Source: Squalus acanthias (taxonomy: Eukaryota). From it: a stretch of DNA of 64,000 bases. The position numbers were made by a program, and so were the translations under genes. The notes under the pieces were generated by a model. It saw only the letters and a program-made list of their open reading frames with translations. It searched no databases and was not told the origin of the DNA. Positions 25,821 to 40,044 of the stretch are shown one piece after another (the stretch's first letter is position 1; each line of letters starts with the position of its first letter). The stretch covers positions 84,260,001-84,324,000 of the forward strand of contig CM059432.1 in NCBI GenBank assembly GCA_030390025.1, read 5' to 3'.

Positions 25821-28612
25821 ATAGAGGGACTGAGGATGCTGAACACAAAACTATCCACTATCATCATCAGTGAAGGAATGAGTAGTTGTTATGGATCTTT
25901 CCGTGGAACATTGTGTTCTTTGATCATCCTGTCAGATCTTGGGAAAGCCCAATCAATCTTCATCTGCTGAAATATTGGAGACTTGCTGAGAAGCCACTGA
26001 CAGCTGGGATATCATGGACAGTTTTACTTTAGAAACCACAATTGGTTGCCATCATTGGACAAAGATACTGTTCCACTATGATTCAGATAGCCTTCTGTAG
26101 ATGTCTGATGGCAAAAAAAGATTTTTGTAGCATTGCTAAAAAATGTTATGTGCTGCTAAGACTTCAACTGGGATTTCTCATAATTCACTAGGAAAACAAG
26201 CTCTTCAAATGTGATGATGGTTTGCTGGACTGCTGCCTGAACTGCCTCTTGACAGGGAACTCTAATGAGCCAACTGTGTAAATAAGAATGCACTTACAAG
26301 ATCTGTAACCTAAGTGGGCTGGAATAATGAGCAGATATTTTGTGAATACTCTGAAGGCTGATGAAAGGCCACAGAGAAGTATTCTGTACTGGCAATTGTG
26401 TACTTGGAAGACTATTGATGATCAGGTCAAATGACTACGTGAAAATAGTTAAACACTGAGATCTCCCCTGGCTAGTCAGTCTCATAGACAAATGCTTGAT
26501 TGATCTGAGGACATGCTACAATTTTGAATTTCTCTTCTGATAAATTTGTTTGAAGGTTCTGGGTTGCAAGATAGGGTGGAAACCCTGATGGTAACTTTCC
26601 TCGGAGTTTCTCTTACTGGCTCCGTAACTTCCGTGGAAACCCCGTTTAAGCACGTAAAAAAAATTACCCTTTAAATGTAAGTAAAATCCACTATTTCCTG
26701 ATCAATGTAAACCTCCTCTATTGTTGTGACTTCCTCTGTAATAAGGATACCTACTTAGGGCCTGTCAGAATACAAAATTCCATTGAAGGGTTTAGTTGAT
26801 GATTCCTGCTGTTGGTTTTCTTAATCAAAGCAATTGATGTGGTCTCCTCTCATTTTGCCATAAGAATAAAGGATGTGCTCCTGTACATTCACATGGGAAC
26901 TTGGTGGTGATTGGGTTGAGATTAGAAGAAGCCATGAAAAAGCTGCTGACTCTGACAATGGTGGTAGATGGTGTGTACTACCTTATAGTGAGCAAATTTG
27001 CCCCAGCGTGCCATTGCAGGGATGGCTCAAAAGCTGTGTTGATGCTATTTGAAACCCTGAAGCTCTATTACTCAATTCCTGAAGAGGCTTATTTAATCAA
27101 ACAAGAGCTTTAAAAATTGAACTTGCAGATCTCGAGGGAAGCTCAAAATACAAAGCTATGCACCTGGGTCAGAGGTCTTGCCAAGTCTTGACTGCATTGG
27201 TACACTACTGTTGACAACGGCAGGAAATGCTTACGGGATTTCTGCTGAAGTACAATTGACCCAGGAGATACAGTATAAATGGCTTGAACCAGGATTTGCT
27301 TGGGAACATCCCCAAATTCCTTTGATTATTATCAATAGGGAAGAGAAGAGGATGATAAACTTGCAAACATTGACAAAGTCAACCTCTGGTAGATCTAGAG
27401 CAAAGATTCATCCCCAAGGATGCAATCAGATAGAGGGCGAGCAGCCTGCGGTTGCAATTGCTCCATATTCAGGTAAGTATTTTTTATAAACTTACATTTT
27501 TGCTAGTAGCCTCCTGCAGTCCCTTTAAGGACCACTGGTTAGGCCGCATATAGACCAGGTAATCCTGAACGCAGTGGCCTGGCATCTGTTGCGTTCAGGG
27601 AAAACCAGTTTCCGGTTTGGATCCTAAAACAGGCATTGGCCCCTTATTATCATATTCAAGACGCCTAACATCTGTTTTAGGTGGCCACCGGGGACGTATC
27701 TACAATGCCCAAAAGAATGCCAATTTTCACAGGAGCTCGAGGATCCTAAGTGCAAGAACAGAATCCTGTGGCAGTTGCCAAGACACGGCAAAATTAATAA
27801 TGCAGGTTAGTTTTGACCCATCCCAAAGACAGGATGATTTTTGTCTGTGTACCGTCTTATTCACATGGGGCAATAGGCAGATGAAATTTAAAAAAATAAC
27901 CTACTGCCTAAGCCTGAGGCTCCCCGGCTCAACTTTTGAGCGGGCCTCAAAATCGTCAGCCAACGCTCCTGCCTGAACAGCAGGGAGGCTTATAAAAATA
28001 TTTAAATTGGGGTCCCACGTCAGTTGTAGGACCCCAATGCAATTTTCATGTTCCACCTAGACAGAGCGCTTGCTCTGCGCACTCTGCCCATGTGGGACTG
28101 AATGCCGAGCAGCCTAACCAGCACTTCTTAAAAGGACCATTGCAGGCCTCTCCATGAAAAAACTAAAGAGACACCTGTGGCACTGATTTCTGTCTGGTCA
28201 GAAGGTGCATTCATGCCCCTCTTGGTACCACAAAAATCTTTCAGCCCACTGCCGATTCCAACCTCCCACCCCTCCTCACACCAGGATTTTCTCCTCCCCT
28301 CTTTAAGCGATGACTTCCATATTGGCTTCAAGGAGGAGCTGTCGGATTTCCCATCTCATTGAGCATTGGCAGCTTGCCCAATAAATGAGACCCAACCATG
28401 ATTCATGTCATTGGACAGGCATTGCTCTACATACTGTACACCCAATGTGCACTATATCTGAAAATTGGCCTCAGTGTTTCATAGATGAATCCTCAGGTTG
28501 TCCCAAAACATTTGACAATCAGTGAATTTCTTTGTTATGTACGTGAACGCAGAAGCCAATTTGCATTCAAGATTCAACAAACAGCAAATGAAATGAATGG
28601 CTAGATAATCTA

Positions 28613-31600
28613 AGGCCGGAATTTTGCTGTTGCCGCGCGTACGGGGTTGGGGGCAGGTCGGCAGTTAAATTTGTGGAAATTGCCAATGCGTTAGGAACCC
28701 GGCGACTTCCGCATTTAACTCGGGCGCGTTTTGAGGTGCGCTACAGACCTGCTCGGGAGAGGCGGAAAACCTCATTCAAGTACTTAAATGCTTGTTGAGA
28801 GACCCTTAAGAGGGTTTTTAACAGCAGCTTTGGCTTTAACTTCTGGAGCACGGGATTCATGCACCTCGGGAACCTCGCCTGTGAAGGGGAGGAGGAAGCT
28901 CAGTGGTCATTGTGTGAGTACATTAATTGAGAGCTGGGAAAAACACAAGAATACTCCGACAATACAACTGATTACTTGGCAATGGAAAGGCTCTTGCTGA
29001 CTCTATTTTGTGCAGAGATTTAGCAGTCAGCAGTTTGCAGGTCATTTCTGCAACCTTGGAAGCCACTCTCACCACATTGCTAGTCATTATCACAACATTG
29101 AGGAATTGGCCCTCTGATCTCCACTTTACCTGCCATCTATTACATTAGCATGGGTGCCCCTTATGTTGTCTTACCTAGGACCTCAGAATCAGACCAAGAT
29201 GAGCCACACCACCAACAACATCAGCCACACCAGCAGCAGCAGCCACAACAGCAGCCTTCTCCTCAACGACCTGATGCTCCACAGGAGAGAGGGGGTCAGC
29301 ACAGAGCTGCATCGCGCCGGAAGTGATACTCCCAACACCAGGTATATAGGCAGAGGATGAGCTTCCTGGACATGACTGAACTGCAATGCTTCAGGAGGCT
29401 CAGGCTATCATGCCAGGTCAGGCAGACATTTGTAGCTTGTTGGAACAAGACCTGCTGCCCAGAGGACCTGGTGGACATGCCTTACCAGTGGCTGTCAAAG
29501 TCACCACTGCCCTCAACTTCTTCGCCTCAGGCTCTTTCCAGGGATCTGCAGCAGACATTTGCAGGATCTTGCAGTTGGCCACCCACAGATGCATCACCCA
29601 GGTGACTGATGCCATGTTTGACAAGTCAGCCACTTATGTCAACTTTGCCACTGATGAAGCCAGTGTTACTGAGCGGACACCCAGCTTTGCAGCTCTGGCT
29701 GGCTTCTCATAGGTGCAGGGTGTCATCAACAGCACACATGCGGCCATCAAGGCTTCCACTCCCTCAATGTGCTGCTCGTCTGCAACCATAAAAAGATCAT
29801 CATGCATGTGTGCGCCAGGTTCCCTGGCAGCTGTCATGACTCTTTCGTGCTGCGCCAGGCCACCCTCCCTCAGCTCTTCCTCCAAACTACCTTATCGGCT
29901 GGCTGCTTGGAGACGAGGGCTATCCACTGAAGACGTGGCTCTTGATACCCTTGAGGATGCCAAGTACTGAGGCCCAGGAGTGCTTTAATGAGAGCCACGT
30001 GTCCACCAGATGTGTCATAGAGCAAGCATAGATATGCTGAAGATGCACTTCAGATGCCTTGACAGATCTGGAGGAGCCCTTCTGTATGCACCAGCCAGGG
30101 TCTCCAGAATCATCGGCATTTGCTGCGCGCTGCACAATATAGCGCAGCAGCGAGGATTGGAGCTTCAGGAGGAGCAAAGCGCAGAACCTCTTCAGAGGAG
30201 GAGGAGAACGAACCTGACATGGAGATGGCACCAGCAGCGGCGCACATTGCTGCCCGGGAGTCCCGGGATGGCCTCATAATGGCCAGATTTACTTAACTTG
30301 CTCCAGTGCGCCACATGGCTACCACATGCTGTACTAAGTCCCCCCACCCAACAACACCATAAAGCAGCCCTACAATGACCAAGCCATTCTTGTCACCCAA
30401 ACCCCCATTGCTCGAGGTTAAGTAACGTTTCACCATTCATTCCAAATGACAAAGCCACTTCCCAGGTAGCAGGCAAAAATGGACAAGACTGGAAAGTGGT
30501 GCAAAGAAATACATTTATCTGTGTCCTAAAAATAACTGAAACTTATGACTAACATTTGTTCATACACCCATGTGCATCTAGAATTGTGTCTTTTTTCTAT
30601 TCCGAGTGCTTCTACAAGGTGCAACTCCTGTGGCTTCAGCAGAAGTAGAGGCAGGCTGCACACCTCCCTGCTGCGACTGCTTCGATACGTTTGGGATCGT
30701 CCTCTGGATTTTGGAGCCTGTGAGGACCCTGCTAAAGACTGCTCCTCCTGCAACTGTGCAAGGGCAGATTTGGCGATCGGCATCTGAGGATGCATGTGGG
30801 GCTCTGACTGAGCGGGAGGCAAGGGGGGAGAAGTGGGAGTGCTTTGAGAAGAGCCCCACTTCCATATCACCTCTTACCATCATCCCTCTCATGAGCCACC
30901 AGCACTTCCCTGATAGCAAGGAGCTGGAGAGCACCTTGCTGCAAAGCAGTGGGGCGATGAACCCCCAAGTCTACGTTTATATCCCTCCTCGAGATGAGGT
31001 CTATGAGCGTCTGCCATCTGTTGTCCTCAGCAAGCATGTGCTTGTGTGACTGGCACATTTGCTGCTCCATGCGGGTGCTCATCCTTTCCATGGAACAGCA
31101 CATCATCACACAAAAGCTGCCATAGCCTTATGCAATTGTTGCTGCCCCTCCAAGACCACCCTCTTTTTCGATGGCCCACGAGGCTCAGCATCTGCCTCCT
31201 GCACCCTCCACAAAGGAGTGTCCACTGCTGTCCCACTCAACACCATCTGCCCTTGCTCACTTGTGATGCGAGAGACACTAGGTGACAACACTACTCTATG
31301 TCGCACAGAACCCACCGAGGTGTGCGTATCTGCGCTGGTACTGGCAACGCTGCACCCTCAGAGGCTGGGGCTTCCTCTGAGGAGTCGTCTTCCTCCTCCG
31401 GCTGGATGGTGGGGGGGGAGGGCACTTGATGGACCTGTGGGAGAGTAGAGATGAATTAGAAGTGTTATATTAAGAATGGGTAACGTTACCATTATGCACA
31501 TGATGAAAATTCACTGGCTACTGATGTCAGTCACCATATGAGTGACTGCTGTATGCCATGTGACTGTATGAGATGTAATTCTGTCACCAGGTTGCTGGGA

Positions 31601-32325
31601 TGTCCCCCTCGCTCCGTCTCTCACTGCCAGCAGCTCTGCAACTCCCGAGATCTCCAGGGCCTCCTCCTCTGCTGGAGTCAACTGAGTGAAGACTGGAGGG
31701 CCACCTCCGGTTCTCTGCCTCTCCCTATTGTTGTGGGCTCACTTCTGCAAGGAGGGAAAGAAGAGAACTTTGAGTGAGATTGCTGGAATTAGTGTAAGGA
31801 ATGGATGGGCTATATCTGTAGAGGGTGACTATGAGGGAATGGCGTGACATTGCCAAATGGCCTCCTTCTGTGGAGTTCCTTGCTATGATTGCATTAGCAT
31901 GAGGGTGAGTGTCAGTGCTGGTAAGTCAGATGGGGATGAGAGTATGTACATAGACAGAGAGGGATGGATGGACCTGCAAGGTATGTTGGTGTGAGGAATG
32001 ATGTGCTGGAGTAGCCTTGGGAAGGCAGAGTGATGGGGTTGTGGTGACAGGCAAATCAGGATGTAGGTAAGTGTGGCATTGAACTCACCTTTCCTGACCT
32101 CATGAGATCATTGAATATTTCCCTGCACTGGATCCACGCCCTCCTGACCATATCCCTGCTGCTGACCTCCTCTGCGATCTCCAACCGTGCCCTTTTTGTG
32201 TCATTGGGTGGTCTTTTGCGCATATCTCCAGGGAAGAGGACTCCCTGCGTGCTTTTACTGCCTGCACTCGAAGGAGGTATCGATAAATCTTGGTGCAGCC
32301 CTCTGCCTTTGTATATCCATGACCC
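28613..32325. mobile_element. Decayed Harbinger (transposase + at ~29150-30296; Myb-like - at ~30578-32320), truncated on the right by CR1
   Basis: Left end AGGCCGGAATTTTGC. Motifs [20 protein letters not shown] and HFRCLDRSGGALLY, with stop and frameshifts. Myb start MDIQRQRAAPRF on -. Confidence 0.88.
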
Positions 32326-32329
32326 ACAC

Positions 32330-34970
32330 TTTTATGTGGCCGCAGACGTGACTCCAGGATGGTATGCTGCCTCCCTGGTGCCAAGGTCAAGGATGTCATT
32401 GAGCGGCTGCAGGACATTCTGAAGGGGGAGGGTGAACAGCCAGAGGTCGTGGTCCATATCAGTACCAACGACATAGGTAGAAAGAGGGATGAGGTCACAG
32501 AATCACAGAAATCACAGAATCCCCACAGTGCAGATAGAGGCCATTTCGGCCCATCGAGCCTGCACCGACACATATCCCACCCTATCCCCGTAACCCCATG
32601 TATTTAATCCCCCTAACACTAAGGGTCAATTTATCATAGCCAAATCAACCTAACCCGCACATCTTTGGACTGTGGGAGGAAACCGGAGCACCCGGAGGAA
32701 ACCCACACAGACACGGGGAGAATGTGCAAACTCCACACAGACAGTCACCCGTGGCCGGATTCGAACCCGGGTCCTTGGCGCTGTGAGGCAACAGTGCTAA
32801 CCACTATGCCAACGTGTTGTCCTGCAAGAAGAATATAGGGAGCTAGGAAATAAATTAAAAAGCAGGACGTTAAAGGTAGTAATCTCAGGATTACTCCCAG
32901 TGCCACGTGCTAGTGAGAGCAGAAATAGGAGAATAGACCAGATGAATGCGTGGCTGGAGAGATGTTGTAGGAGGGAGGGATTTAAATTCCTGAGGCATTG
33001 GGACCGATTCTGGGGAAGGTGGGACCTGTACAAGCTGGACGGATTACACCTCGGCAGAACCAGGACCAATATCCTCGCAGGGGGGGTTTGCTAATGCTGT
33101 TGGGAAGGATTGACTGGGAACCTAAGTGTGGGCCCAGAATGGAGAGAAACAAAGCTGGAAGTGCAAGTTAGAAAAGTAGTCAGCAAAACTAGTAGGGAGC
33201 AGAAACAAAGGCCAACAGTAAAGAGGGTCAAAATGCAGAAAAATATTAAACAGGCAAAGTTGAAGGCACTTTATCTAAATGCACGTAGCATTCGCAACAA
33301 GGTGGATGAATTTATGGCACAAATAGAAGTAAATGGGTATGATGTAATTGCCATTACAGACACATGGTTGCAGGGTAACCAAAGCTGGGAACTGAATGTT
33401 CCAGGGTACTCAACATTTAGGAAGGACAGACAAAAAGGAAAAGGAGGTGGCATAGCGCTGTTAATAAGGGATGAGATCGGTACGGTAGAGATAAAAGATC
33501 TTGGCTCGGCAGATCGTGATGTAGAACTGGAATCAGTTTGGGTGGAGCTAAGAAACAGCAAAGGGCGGAAAACATTGGTGAGAGTTGTGTATTGGCCACC
33601 AAACAGTAGTGGTAACGTAGGGCACAGTATCAATCAAGAAATTAGAAGTGCATGTAACAAGGGCAATACGGTAATCATGGGGGACTTTAATCTACATTTT
33701 GACTGGGCAAATCAAATTACCACTAATGGTGTAGAGGACGAATTCTTGGAATGCATGCGAGATGGTTTCCTGGATCAGTATGTGGAGGAACCACCAGGGA
33801 ACAGGCTATTCTGGATCTGGTACTGTGTAATGAGAAAGGTCTAATCAATAATCTTGTGGTAAAGGGGCCTTTAGGGACAAGTGACCATAATATGATTGAA
33901 TTTTACATTAAGTTTGAGAGTGATGGAGTCCAATCTGAAACTAAGGTCTTCAATCTAAACTGAGGAAACTACAAGGGTATGAGGGACAAGTTGGCCATGG
34001 TAGATTGGGAGACTACACTAAAAGGTATGAAGGTGGACATACAATGGCTAACATTCAAGGAAATAATGCATAAGTTGCAACAAACATATATTCCTCCACG
34101 GCATAAAAACCCAAAAGGAAAGGTGATCCAACTATGGCTAACAAAAGAAATTAAAGCTAGTATTAAGTCAAAGGAGGAAGCTTATAAAGTTGCCAGAAAA
34201 AGTGGTCAACCTGAGGATTGGGATCTTTTTAGAAATCAGCAAAGGGGGAACCAAGAAATTGATAAAGAAAGGGAAAATGGAATATGAGCACAAGCTAGCG
34301 AAAAATATAAAAACGGATTGTAAAAGCTTCTATAGGTATGTGAAAAGGAAAAGACTGGCGAAGGTAAATGCAGGTCCTTTAAAGTCAGAGACGGGAGCAT
34401 TTATAATGGGGAATGAGGAAATGGCAGAGAAATTAAATAAATACTTTGTTTCTGTCTTTACGGAGGAAGACACAATAAACCACCCAGAAATACGAGAAAA
34501 CTAAGGGTGTGGCGAGAATGAGGAACTTAAAGAAATTATTATTAGTTAAAAAAAAACAGTACTAGCAAAATTAATGGGACTAAAAGTCGATAAATCCCAA
34601 GGACCGGATGACCTACATCCTACGGTTTTGAAAGAGGTGTCCATTGGGATAGTGGACACATTGGTTGTTATCTTCCAAAATTCTATAGATTCTGGAACGG
34701 TTCCTGCAGATTGGAGGACAGCAAATGTAACCCCGCTATTTAAGAAAGGAGGGAGAGAGAAAATGGGGAACTACAGACCTGTTAGCCTCACATCAGTAGT
34801 TGGGAAAATGCTGGAATCTATTAGAAAGGATGCAATAACTGGGCACTTAGAAACTAATAGTAAGATTGGGCAGAGTCAACATGGATTTATGAAAAGGAAA
34901 TCCTGTTTGACAAACCTATTGGAGTTCTTTAAGGATGTAACTAGTGGAGTAGACAAAGGGGAACCAGTGG
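32330..34970 (+). mobile_element. CR1 LINE (ORF1 esterase part, EN, N-terminal RT), 3'-truncated
   Basis: VCCLPGAKVKDV..GTND-like and DGLHL (SGNH esterase); YLNARSI..DTW..MGDFN..SDHN; RT up to GEPV. Confidence 0.92.
32497..32818 (-). mobile_element. HE1-type tRNA-derived V-SINE inserted in CR1 ORF1
   Basis: tRNA head with B box GGTTCGAATCC, V-domain TGTGGGTTTCCTCCGGGTGCTCCGGTTTCCTCCCACA and a (TTCTGTGA)-like tail. GTC is duplicated at the flanks. Confidence 0.88.
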
Positions 34971-37563
34971 GAGTGGTCTACAGGCCCCCAAACAGTATCC
35001 ACACTGTAAGACAGGGAATAAATCAAGAAATAATAGAGGCTTGTAAGAAAGGTACAGCTATAATCATGGGAGATTTTAATTTTCATATTGATTAGACAAA
35101 GCAAAGGTAGACTTGAGGAAGAGTTCTTAGAGTGTATACGGGATGGTTTCTTGGAACAATATGTTGTGGAACCAACCAGGGAGAAGACTATTTTAGATCT
35201 GGTAATGTGTAACGAGGCTGGATTAATTAATGATCTCGAAGTGAAGGATCCACTTGGGAAGAGTGATCATAGCATGGTAGAATTTCAAATTCAGTTTGAG
35301 GGTGAGAAAGCTAGGTCTCAAACTAGTGTCCTGAACTTAAACAAAGGTAATTACAAAGGTATGAAGGCAGACTTGGTTAAAGTGGACTGGGAAAATATAT
35401 TAAAGGGTAAGACTGTAGAAAAGCAGTGGCAAACATTTAAGGAGATATTTCATAACTCTCAGCAAAGATATATTCCAGTGAGAAAGAAAGACTCTAAGAG
35501 AAGGATAAACCATCCGTGGCTAACTAAGGAAGTAAAGGATGGTATCAAATTGAAAACAAAAGCATACAATGTTGCGAAGAATAGTGAAAGGCCAGAGGAT
35601 TGGGAAATTTTTAAAAACCAGCAAAGGACGACTAAAAAAATGATAAAGGGAGAGAAGACAGCTTCTGAGAGTAAGCTAGCAAGAAATATAAAAACAGACA
35701 GTAAGAGCTTCTACAGGTATATAAAAAGGAAGAGAGTAGCTAAAGTAAACGTTGGTCCCCTGGAGGATGAGTCTGGGGAATTAATAATGGGAAACAGGGA
35801 AATGGCGGAGACTTTGAACAAATATTTTGTATCGGTCTTCACGGTAGAAGACACTAAAAGCATCCCAATAATGGATAATCAAGGGGCTATTGGGGGTGCG
35901 GGGCGGGGGGAGATCTTAAAACAATCACTATCACTAGAGAAAAAGTACTAGGCAAACTAATGGGACTAAAGGTGGACAAGTCCCCTGGACCCGATGGCCT
36001 GCATCCTAGAGTCTTAAAAGAGGTGGCTGCAGAGATAGTGGATGCATTGGTTGTAATCTACCAAAATTCCCTGGATTCTGGAGAGGTCCCAGCGGACTGG
36101 AAAACCGCAAATGTAACGCCCCTATTTAAGAAAGGAGGGAGACAGAAAGCAGGCAACTATCGACCAGTTAGCCTAACATCTGTCAATGGGAAAATGCTGG
36201 AGTCCATCATTAAGGAAGTGATAGCAGGACATTTAGAAAATCATAATATAGTCAAGCAGAGCTAGCACGGTTTTATGAAAGGGAAATGATGTTTGACAAA
36301 TTTGCTGGAGATCTTTGAGGATGTAACGAGCAGGGTGGATAAAGGGAAACCAGTAGATGTTGTGTATTTGGATTTCCAGAAGGCATTTGATAAGGTGCCA
36401 CATAAAAGGTTACTACACAGGATAAGAGCTCACGGGGTTGGGGGTAGTATATTAGCATGGATAGAGGATTGGCTAACTAACAGAAAACAGAGAATCGGGA
36501 TAAATGGGTCATTTTCAGGTTGGCAAACTATAACTAGTGGGGTGCCGCAGGGATCAGTGCTGGGGCCTCAACTATTTACAATCTATATTAATGACTTGGA
36601 TGAAGGGACTGAATGTAATGTAGCCAAATTTGCTGATGATACAAAGATAGGTGGGAAAGCAAATTGTGTGGAGGACGCAAAGAATTGCCAAAGGAATATA
36701 GATAGGCTAAGTGAGTGGGCAAAAATCTGGCAGATGGAGTTTAATGTGGGAAAATGTGAGGTTATCCACTTTGGTAGGAAAAATACAAAAGCAAATTATT
36801 ATTTAAATGGGGAGAGATTACAAAATGCTGAGGTACAGAGGGATCTGGGGATCCTTGTACATGAATCACAAAAGGTTAGCATGCAGGTACAGCAAGTAAT
36901 TAGGAAGGCAAATGGAATGTTAGCCTTTATTGCAAAGGGAATGGAGTATAAAAGTAGGGAAGTCCTGTTACAACTGTACAGGGCGTTGGTGAGACCACAC
37001 CTGGAGTACTGTGTACAGTTTTGGTCTCCTTATTTAAGGAAGGATATACTTGCATTGGAGGCAGTTCAGAGAAGGCTCATGAGGTTGATTCCGGAGATGA
37101 AGGGGTTGTCTTATGAAGAAAGGTTGAGCAGGTTGGGCCTATACTCATTGGAGTTTAGAAGAATGAGAGTGGATCTTATTGAAACATATAAGATTCTAAA
37201 GGGGCTTGACAGGGTAGATGCAGAGAGGATGTTTCCCCTCGTGGGGGAATCTAGAACTAGGGGGCATAATTTCAGAATAAGGGGAAACCCTTTTAAATCG
37301 GAAATGAGGAGCAATTTCTTCTCTCAGAGGGTCGTGAAACTTTGGGATTCTCTTCCCCAGAGAGCTGTGGAGGCTGGGTCATTGAATATATTTAAGGTGG
37401 AGATAAACAGATTTTTGAACGATAAGGGAGTCAAGGGTTATGGGGAGCGGGCAGGGAAGTGGAGTTGAGGCCAAGATCAGATCAGCCATGATCTTATTGA
37501 ATGGTGGAGCAGGCTCGAGGGGCCAAATGACCTACTCCTGCTCCTACATCTTATGTTCTTATG
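34970..37563 (+). mobile_element. Second CR1 LINE, 5'-truncated in EN, complete RT and 3' tail
   Basis: ORFs 35088-35951, 35960-36265 and 36293-37468 (FADD motif); 3' UTR ending TCTTATGTTCTTATG. Confidence 0.95.
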
Positions 37564-37598
37564 GCCTCAGCACACAGATTTACCAATGTCTGAGGCAA

Positions 37599-39125
37599 AC
37601 TGGTATGGAAGGTGGCATCGTCAGAGCAGATGCGGCGGAGATGGAGAAACTGGGAGAATGGAATAGAGTCCTTACAGGAAGTGGGGTGGGAGGAAGTGTA
37701 GTCCAGGTAGCTGTGGGAGTCAGTGAGCTTGTAGTGAATGTTTGTCAATCACCTATCCCCAGGGATGGAGACGGAGAAGTCGAGGAAGGGAAGGGAAGAG
37801 TCGGAGATGGACCATGTGAAGGTGAGGGAAGGGTGGAAAGGACGCTTCCTGTAAGGACTCTATTCCATTCTCCCAGTTTCTCCGTCTCCGCCGCATCTGC
37901 TCTGACGATGCCACCTTCCATACCAGTGCTTCCGACATGTCTTCCTTTTTCCTCAACCGAGGATTCCCCTCTACTGTGGTTGACACAGCCCTTGACCGTG
38001 TCCGTTCTATCTCCCGCACTTCTGCCCTCACCCCTGCCCCTCCCTCCTGGAACCACGATAGGGTTCCCCTTGTCCTCACCTTTCACCCCACCAGCCTCCA
38101 CATTCAACGGATCATCCTCCGCCAATTCCACCACCTCCAGCATGATCCCACCACCAAACACATCTTCCCCTCACCTCCCCTTTCAGCATTCCGAAGGGAC
38201 CGCTCCCTCCGCGACACCCTGGTCCACTCCTCTATCACCCCCAACACCCCTTCCCCCTGCAGCTTCCCGTGCAAGCGCAGGAGATGCAACACATGCCCTT
38301 ATACCTCCCCCCTTCCCACTGTCCAGGGCCCCAAACACCCCTTCCAAGTGAAACAGCGACTTACTTGTACTTCTTGCAATTTAGCATACTGCTCACAATG
38401 CGGTCTCCTCTACACTGGGGAGACCAAACGCAGATTGGGTGACAGCTTTGCGGAACACCTCCATTCAGTCCGTAAGGGGGACCCTGAGCTTCCGGTCGCC
38501 TGTCACTTTAATTCTCTGCTCCACTCCCACTCAGACCTCACCGTCCTAGGCCTCTTACATTGTTCCACTGAAGCTCGACGTAAGCTCGAGAAACAGCACC
38601 TCATCTTACGATTAGGCACTTTACAGCCTTCTGGACTCAACATAGAGTTCAACAATTTCAGATCATAACCTCAGCCCCTATCATATACATTTTTTTCCAC
38701 ACTTTTTTGTTTTGTTTTTTTTGTTTGTGTCTTTTCTTCTCTCCCACATGGCAGCTGTCTTTCATTCTGCCAGCGCAATTTACACTTCATCTAGAGCCAT
38801 CTTTTGTTTCTTAACCTGTCCCTTTACCATCTCCTTTTGCCTTGAATATCCGTTAATGTCTTTTAATGTCTCTTAACCTCTCCTGCCTTCTAACCTATCA
38901 CAGACCTTCCCTTTTGTTCTTTCATCCCCTCTCCCCTTTCCCAGCTCCTACACTTGCTTAAAAATCTGTTCTGTTTCCTGCTTTTTTCCAGTTCTGACGA
39001 AAGGTCATCGACCTGAAACGTTAACTCTGTTTCTCTCTTCACAGATGCTGCCTGACCTGCTGAGTATTTCCAGCATTTTCTGTTTTTATTTCAGATTTCC
39101 AGCATCTGCAGTATTTTCTTTTTGT
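37599..39125 (+). mobile_element. Penelope-like element, 5'-truncated with inverted 5' segment; GIY-YIG endonuclease ORF 37937-38668
   Basis: CKRRRCNTC..CSQCGLLYTGETKRRLGDSFAEH..HF..GLN motifs; 83-bp inverted repeat 37599-37681 / 37845-37927. Confidence 0.92.
38990..39026 (+). ncRNA. Minimal type I hammerhead ribozyme motif in Penelope 3' region
   Basis: AGTT-CTGACGA-AAGGTC ATC GACCT-GAAA-CGTT-AACT. Confidence 0.78.
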
Positions 39126-40044
39126 ACCCAATTTTATTGCTCTGCTGCATTTTCCAAGTACAAGAGTCATTGTTAGACAGGTAGCCTTCCAGCAAGCAGA
39201 TTTCTGCTATTCCTCTGCCTCCAGCACTTGCTCTTCCTCACCTGTGCTATCTCTTCAAGATCATTAAATGTGCATAACTGTGCTGATGCTTGGAAACTTT
39301 AGTGAGAAAGATACAGGATGTTGTAAGATGCTGTCTTATTCTCGTTCTGAACCATTGGCAGTGGTAGCAGGCTGCTCTTTCTGGGTCTACAATAGCAGAA
39401 AAAGAACAAATGGTTCCAAGACACATGTTCATACAGAGCTTGTATTGGAAGATACTGGTCTAGAAATTTGTTGACACCACTCGGTTCCCTCACGATAGCC
39501 CCCTCTCTCCGTCCCTTATTTTCGTCAAAGCAGAGAACTAATCTTGAGGTGTTATAAATTGAAGGAGCATATACACAGTAACACACATGTGCCCAACCTG
39601 CAGGCCAATTTGTGTGTTGCTGAATGACCATGTTTCACACAGCTAGGTTACTGTGATATTAAATATGAAACAATTGGAAGGTGTTAGTGTGCAAAGTCTA
39701 TCAACTGCAAGTCGCAGTTTGAATATACACCCTGCTAAAGCATGAGTAAGCCTGGAATGCAATGAAAGAGCTGTAAGGCTGAGTGAGGGGTAGCAAGTGT
39801 CAGCAGTAAATGTGGAACAGGTTGACAGGCAACACTTCGTGGCAGGTAATCTTGGACTATCTACCTGGAAAATAGTATTTTTGACCTTACCAGATTCCTT
39901 AAGGTGTGTCATCTATTTATTTATCTGTTCTCAGGTTCTACAGGTAATGTACACAGGATTGACGCTGGTCACTTGCCCTGCCAGCTATACTGCACTGTTG
40001 TGCTCTGGGGACAGTGCACTGGAATGCAAAACAGGATGTCCAAC

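Noticed and set aside
25850..28460. Possible degraded element or gene
   Set aside because: No motif I can recognise; some MITE-like remnants at 27370-28450 but boundaries cannot be supported.
37440..38351. 303-aa ORF
   Set aside because: Chance frame spanning a CR1 3' UTR and the inverted Penelope junction.
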